Below, in pieces: positions 12,521 to 15,828 of a stretch of DNA of 15,828 bases. Numbering within the stretch: the first letter of the stretch is position 1; each line of letters begins with the position of its first letter. Below the pieces are notes generated by a model, which was not told the origin of the DNA, searched no databases, and saw nothing but the letters and a program-made list of their open reading frames with translations. Source of the DNA: a virus; the IMG/VR virus record IMGVR_UViG_3300031997_002496, one strand, 5' to 3'. The translations under genes were made by a program, and so were the position numbers.

Positions 12521-12748
12521 TCACGTCTCGCCAGCTGATCCTTTACCAGCAGGAGGGACAGAACCTCCTTGTCGGGGATCGGTGCAGAGACCTTCTTTGA
12601 TGTATCTTTCCGCTTGGCGGCCATAGTGTCCTTGTAGTGTCCAGGCCATGCCTGAATCGATTAGCTTTTGGAAGAAGGCCACCTCCTCCGCGCTGGTCAT
12701 CTCGTCGTTCTCGTACTTGATCAGGTCCTCGGTCAAAATCTGATTCAA
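12521..12748 (-). CDS. small acidic hypothetical protein (75 aa; TTG start overlapping the ligase stop, or an internal ATG)
   Basis: TTGA overlap with the ligase gene stop. NQILTEDLIKYENDEMTSAEEVAFFQKLIDSGMAWTLQGHYGRQAERYIKEGL. Low-complexity Gly/Ser tail. Confidence 0.35.
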   Translation of the reverse strand: MNQILTEDLIKYENDEMTSAEEVAFFQKLIDSGMAWTLQGHYGRQAERYIKEGLCTDPRQGGSVPPAGKGSAGET

Positions 12749-13863
12749 ATGTTTTCCCTCATTCGAAGCGCCACCGGGAATCGGGGGACGCCGTTTTTGG
12801 TTGTGTAGCCCTGGAACTTCACCGTCAGCAACTTGCCGACGACCAGTCCAGGTCGCTCGTAGTACTGCTTCAGGCTTTCGAGCTCGCCTTTCATCTTGGC
12901 CCGGAACTCGACTCCAGCGTTCGTCTTGCAGACGAAGATGCCGTGGCCCGCCAACTTGCCACGACCCTCTTCGACTCCGATGACAACGAACTCCTCGTCG
13001 ATGAACTCCTTGACCTTCTGAAGATCGTACGAGCGCTTGTTGACGTACTCGCCCGCCATGTTCCTAACCATCAGACCTTCATATCCTTGTACCAAGAATC
13101 GGTCGAAGGTGAGCATCAACTCGTCCTCGTCGGCGATCTCAACGGTCTCCACCTGGCAGAGGCTTCCGACTAGCGTGAACGCCCCCAAGAGGGCGTGACG
13201 ATCCGCGAACGTCCCCGGGCCTGCGACGTCGTAGACGTGGTACTCAACGACCTCGTGCCCAGGCTTGGGATCCTCGTTCCGAATGAAGCTGGTAAGCTCT
13301 TCGAACTTCTCCCGGTACGCGTGGTTGTAGAGCTCGCCGTCCAGCACGACGCTCCGTTGCCCACGACTCTCCGCCCAGAACTCGACGTCCCGGATGATGT
13401 GGGGCAAACCGGTGATGGGCTTCCGGGTGCGAGACCAGAGCGTCGCTCTGCCCTCCGCGTCCACCATGGCGATGCAGCGATGCCCATCGAACTTGGGCTG
13501 AGCAAACGCCGGGTACGTGATTTTGTGCCCCTGCTCGTCGAAGCGGTGAGCCAACATCGGGTCCACCCCTCCCAGGACCAAGGCGTCCCGTTTGCCCTTC
13601 CTGGCGTCGCCAAGGCTCTCGACGTAGCCCTTGGCCGTCTTCTTCTTCTCCCACTGGGCCTTGGCCTCGAGCTCCGCCTGCTCTCGAGGAGTGGTCTCGT
13701 TGGCTCGACCACGGTTCTTGCCGACCTTGATGACGTCGGACGTTTCTTGAATCTTACCACCCACCTGCCCGAAGCGGGTGATGATGGTGTTCTCGGCGGT
13801 CTCGATTTGCCACATCTGGTCAGCGCCGGTGCTGGTCTTCTTGTACAGGGTTGGTAGCTTCAT
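12745..13863 (-). CDS. ATP-dependent DNA ligase (phage T7/Chlorella-virus-type minimal ligase, 372 aa)
   Basis: GGGAG lies 4 nt upstream of ATG 13863. Motif I is KFDGHR (adenylation lysine). Motif III is VLDGELY. Motif IV is EGLMVR. Motif V lysines are in DLQKVK. An OB-fold-like C-terminal region follows. Confidence 0.9.
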   Translation of the reverse strand: MKLPTLYKKTSTGADQMWQIETAENTIITRFGQVGGKIQETSDVIKVGKNRGRANETTPREQAELEAKAQWEKKKTAKGYVESLGDARKGKRDALVLGGVDPMLAHRFDEQGHKITYPAFAQPKFDGHRCIAMVDAEGRATLWSRTRKPITGLPHIIRDVEFWAESRGQRSVVLDGELYNHAYREKFEELTSFIRNEDPKPGHEVVEYHVYDVAGPGTFADRHALLGAFTLVGSLCQVETVEIADEDELMLTFDRFLVQGYEGLMVRNMAGEYVNKRSYDLQKVKEFIDEEFVVIGVEEGRGKLAGHGIFVCKTNAGVEFRAKMKGELESLKQYYERPGLVVGKLLTVKFQGYTTKNGVPRFPVALRMRENI

Positions 13864-13875
13864 GGGACTCCCGGT

Positions 13876-13910
13876 TTGAGGGTGGAAAAATACGAGCTAT
13901 ACTGGGGAAC
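13876..13910 (+). promoter_or_regulatory. candidate sigma70-like promoter TTGAGG-16 nt-TATACT (carrying the recurrent CTATACTGG motif), divergent from the ligase operon
   Basis: -35 TTGAGG at 13876-13881, a 16-nt spacer, then -10 TATACT at 13898-13903. The predicted TSS (~13911) falls just before GGAGG (13912-13916) and GTG 13921. The same 9-mer occurs at 4381-4389, and a near-copy at 5039-5048. Confidence 0.4.
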
Positions 13911-13920
13911 TGGAGGCTTC

Positions 13921-14382
13921 GTGTCCGACACCTTGCCCGCGGAAGCCCCCGCGACCCAACACAAAACATCGATGGTCGCTGACCCGCTGGGGCAGGTCGA
14001 ACGGGCACAGGTCATGTTCGAGAAGGGTCCGGTGACCGCAGTCGCTGGCTTCTTCGCAGTGGCGTTCTTCGTGGCGCTTTACCTCTTGCTGCGCGCCAAG
14101 GACAAGCACCAGGCGGTTCAAAGTCGTCTCCAAGCAGAACAAGCAAGAGAGATCTCGAAGCTCACAGAGAAACACAGCGACGAGATGGCGGAGCTCTACA
14201 CGAGCGAACGCGAACGCGCTGTGAAGCACGAAGTCACAATGAGCAACTACCTGGACATGATGGACGACGTGCGGTTCATCGCATTCGAGATGCGGCGAGT
14301 CAAACAAGCGCGCGAAAAGAAGTCGAGAACGATCTCAGGCGAACACGAAACCGTAAAGGGAGACAACGATGGCAAAGACTAA
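13921..14382 (+). CDS. membrane protein with an N-terminal TM helix and a long charged coiled-coil (type-II topology; i-spanin-like or other membrane-anchored protein)
   Basis: GTG 13921 has GGAGG 4 nt upstream. ATG 13972 is an alternative start. TM helix VTAVAGFFAVAFFVALYLLL, then ~100 aa of Lys/Glu/Arg/Gln-rich helix (QAVQSRLQAEQAREISKLTEKHSDEMAELY...). Confidence 0.5.
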   Translation: MSDTLPAEAPATQHKTSMVADPLGQVERAQVMFEKGPVTAVAGFFAVAFFVALYLLLRAKDKHQAVQSRLQAEQAREISKLTEKHSDEMAELYTSERERAVKHEVTMSNYLDMMDDVRFIAFEMRRVKQAREKKSRTISGEHETVKGDNDGKD

Positions 14383-14575
14383 CTCCGCGGTCCTGAAGCT
14401 CGCGCCGTCAAGCCATTCCCGCGGATCTCCTCTAACCGAGAGACTCAATAACGAAGTACTCCGGACCATTCGAGACTTGGCCAAGCCTCTTGAGGAGGAC
14501 CCTGGAATCGAAGACGAGTACGAGTTCGAGATCTTCGGTGACACAGGCCCCACCAAGCCAAAGAAGAAAAAGTGA
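14369..14575 (+). CDS. small hydrophilic hypothetical protein (68 aa)
   Basis: ATG with GGAGA 5 nt upstream. Overlaps both neighbouring genes (GTGA with the next). Acidic EEDPGIEDEYEFEIF and a KPKKKK tail. No lipobox. Confidence 0.4.
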   Translation: MAKTNSAVLKLAPSSHSRGSPLTERLNNEVLRTIRDLAKPLEEDPGIEDEYEFEIFGDTGPTKPKKKK

Positions 14576-14841
14576 CGACTACGACGCTCTTCATCGTTCT
14601 CGCAGGCGCCTACGGCCTCATCACCATCTACTTCTGCTGGAGATACTTTCTTCGTCGCCGTCTTCCTTCACTCGTCTGCGCCTTCATGCCGCTAGGTTGG
14701 GTTGCCGCCTTCGGGATGCAAGTTGAGCGCATCTCCACAAACTGGATCCCTGCGCTGTTCATCGCCGCTTTGCTCGTAGCTGCGGGGAGCCTCTACATCA
14801 TCATCACGCACGAGCTCCAACGAGAGCGACCGTTCAGGTAA
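14572..14841 (+). CDS. small integral membrane protein (89 aa, ~3 TM helices; holin-like by size and topology only)
   Basis: GTG start overlapping the upstream stop (GTGA). Hydrophobic segments are LFIVLAGAYGLITIYFCW, LVCAFMPLGWVAAFGM and WIPALFIAALLVAAGSLYIII. Charged C-terminus. Confidence 0.5.
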   Translation: MTTTTLFIVLAGAYGLITIYFCWRYFLRRRLPSLVCAFMPLGWVAAFGMQVERISTNWIPALFIAALLVAAGSLYIIITHELQRERPFR

Positions 14842-14878
14842 AAAAAGCGACGAGGACCCCGATGTTCTGGGGTCCCCG
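14841..14878 (-). terminator. intrinsic terminator oriented for the minus strand (13-bp stem including two G-U pairs, then U8), between convergent genes
   Basis: Plus strand reads aaaaaaaagcgacgaGGACCCCgatgttctGGGGTCCccgccg. On the minus RNA the arms are CGGCGGGGACCCC and GGGGUCCUCGUCG, which pair with two G-U wobbles, followed by C plus UUUUUUUU. On the plus RNA the stem is only 7 bp and no U-tract follows. Confidence 0.65.
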
Positions 14879-14887
14879 CCGAGCTGC

Positions 14888-15820
14888 TTAGCCCTGAATG
14901 CTGACCGTGGGCTTCGCCGTGCCATTACCCGGCACGACCGTACCCTGCGTCAGCTTCTGCATCAGAGGAGCGAGCGGCGTGTTGGCGAACACCTTCGACA
15001 GGGCGTCGGAGACGGAGTCTCCGCCGATTGCCTGCTGAATGCTCCAGGCCTTGGCGACCTGAACCATGGTGTCGTTGTTGCTGAGCGCCAGCAGCGCCTC
15101 GGAGAACCCGGCCTGCGCTGCGCCGAACTTCGAGACGATTGCTTCTGCTTCCGCCTTCATGCCGATGATGGCTTGGTCCTGCGCCATCTTCTTGAGGCCG
15201 AGCACCTGGTCCTGTGCCCGCTTCTGGCGGGACAGTTCCTGGTCGAACTCGAAATTCTTGAGTTCCTCAGCCGATGCTTCGAGGTCCTTTTGAGTCCCGA
15301 TCCGCTTCAGCTCGTTCGCCAGCTTGGCCATGACGACGGTGAGCTCAGAAGCTGCGAGCTCGGTGCTGAGCTCGTTCTTCCGCATCAGGGTGGCGGCGCG
15401 CACTTCAGCCTCCTCCTTGACGACGCTCTCCTTCTCCTTGGTGACCTCGAGGCCCCGCTTCAGCTGGGACAGCTCGATGTTGGTCTTGACCACCGCGAGG
15501 GCGCTCTGCTTGAACGTCCCTTCGATGGCCTGGTCCAGGCAGTCCACCGCCAAGACTTCGACGTCGGTGACGCGCATCCCGTTCTCCGGGAAGCTGCGGC
15601 CCTTCGCCTTGCCCGTGCCTTCCGGAGCCCCGAGCACCAGGCCCTGAAGAATCTCAGTGGCGTTGGGACGGAAGTCCTCGAAGCGGAGCTTCTTGACGGC
15701 GCCCTTCAGATCCGAGCGCATGCGGTCACAGAGGAACTTGACGTAGTTCTCCACGTTCCACCACTTCGAGCTGTCACCCTCGAAGTTCACCCGGTAGCCC
15801 AGGCGCAGGTTGAACTGCAC
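14888..15820 (-). CDS. SPFH/band-7 (flotillin/YqiK-like) protein, 5'-truncated by the window edge
   Basis: The frame stays open to the window end (…DYVQFNL), so the true start lies beyond 15828. The SPFH-like core includes MRVTDVEVLAVD. A long Ala/Glu-rich coiled-coil follows, with the flotillin-type KAEAEAIVSKFGAAQAG repeat and a C-terminal tail. The stop at 14888 is followed by the strong terminator. Confidence 0.5.
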   Translation of the reverse strand: MQFNLRLGYRVNFEGDSSKWWNVENYVKFLCDRMRSDLKGAVKKLRFEDFRPNATEILQGLVLGAPEGTGKAKGRSFPENGMRVTDVEVLAVDCLDQAIEGTFKQSALAVVKTNIELSQLKRGLEVTKEKESVVKEEAEVRAATLMRKNELSTELAASELTVVMAKLANELKRIGTQKDLEASAEELKNFEFDQELSRQKRAQDQVLGLKKMAQDQAIIGMKAEAEAIVSKFGAAQAGFSEALLALSNNDTMVQVAKAWSIQQAIGGDSVSDALSKVFANTPLAPLMQKLTQGTVVPGNGTAKPTVSIQG

Positions 15821-15828
15821 GTAGTCCT

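Noticed and set aside
13170-13857. Plus- and minus-strand alternative ORFs overlapping the ligase gene (13195..13857 +, 13170..13760 -, 13244..13654 -)
   Set aside because: The ligase frame carries the KxDG, DGE and EGxxxR motifs. The alternatives are Arg/Ser/Thr-rich shadows.
1-15828. tRNA/tmRNA genes, rRNA, CRISPR arrays, integrase/attachment sites
   Set aside because: No T-arm or anticodon-arm-like structures with a GTTCRANYC box were found, and no regularly spaced direct repeats. No tyrosine or serine recombinase motifs appear in any frame.

Overview
This GC-rich window (roughly 60% GC by eye, not computed) is densely packed with short and long ORFs, many with overlapping start/stop codons. 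Gene content and organisation look like a bacteriophage, prophage or related mobile element, not a housekeeping chromosome. No database search was run; everything below is from reading the sequence.

The window has five transcription blocks:
- (i) A small leftward gene (41..301) whose TTG start has a perfect AGGAGG Shine-Dalgarno.
- (ii) A long rightward block (378..10158). It encodes a single-domain CheY-like response regulator, a coupled small ORF, a large SNF2-family helicase with an N-terminal HExxH (zincin-like) domain, three small basic or Trp-rich proteins, a HAD-superfamily phosphatase, a Pro/Ala-repeat protein, three translationally coupled Gly/Ala-rich proteins, a 61-aa ORF, and a 1132-aa protein with a SWIM zinc finger and a TM helix.
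- (iii) A leftward block (13863 back to 10188). It encodes an ATP-dependent DNA ligase, several small Cys-rich proteins, a tandem-HTH plus Xis-like regulator, and a standalone C39-like cysteine peptidase. It ends at a strong intrinsic terminator.
- (iv) A rightward three-gene membrane-protein cassette (13921..14841).
- (v) A leftward, 5'-truncated SPFH/flotillin-like gene (14888..15820), preceded by a second minus-oriented intrinsic terminator.

The observations most worth follow-up:
- A 14-16 aa peptide motif (Y-[ED]-x-G-[KA]-x-AAL-x-x-F-[AS]) recurs at the C-termini of two adjacent proteins and at the N-terminus of the next, giant one.
- A single in-frame TGA separates the 61-aa ORF from the 1132-aa ORF.
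- An A10 run in the SNF2 gene contains a dnaX-type A_AAA_AAG slippery heptamer exactly at the boundary between its two domains.
- A CTATACT(S)G motif occurs three times, each immediately upstream of a rightward gene start.
- A standalone C39 peptidase sits next to operator-like GTGTCGC repeats.
- Both intrinsic terminators are built only for leftward transcription.

No tRNA, rRNA or CRISPR array was found.
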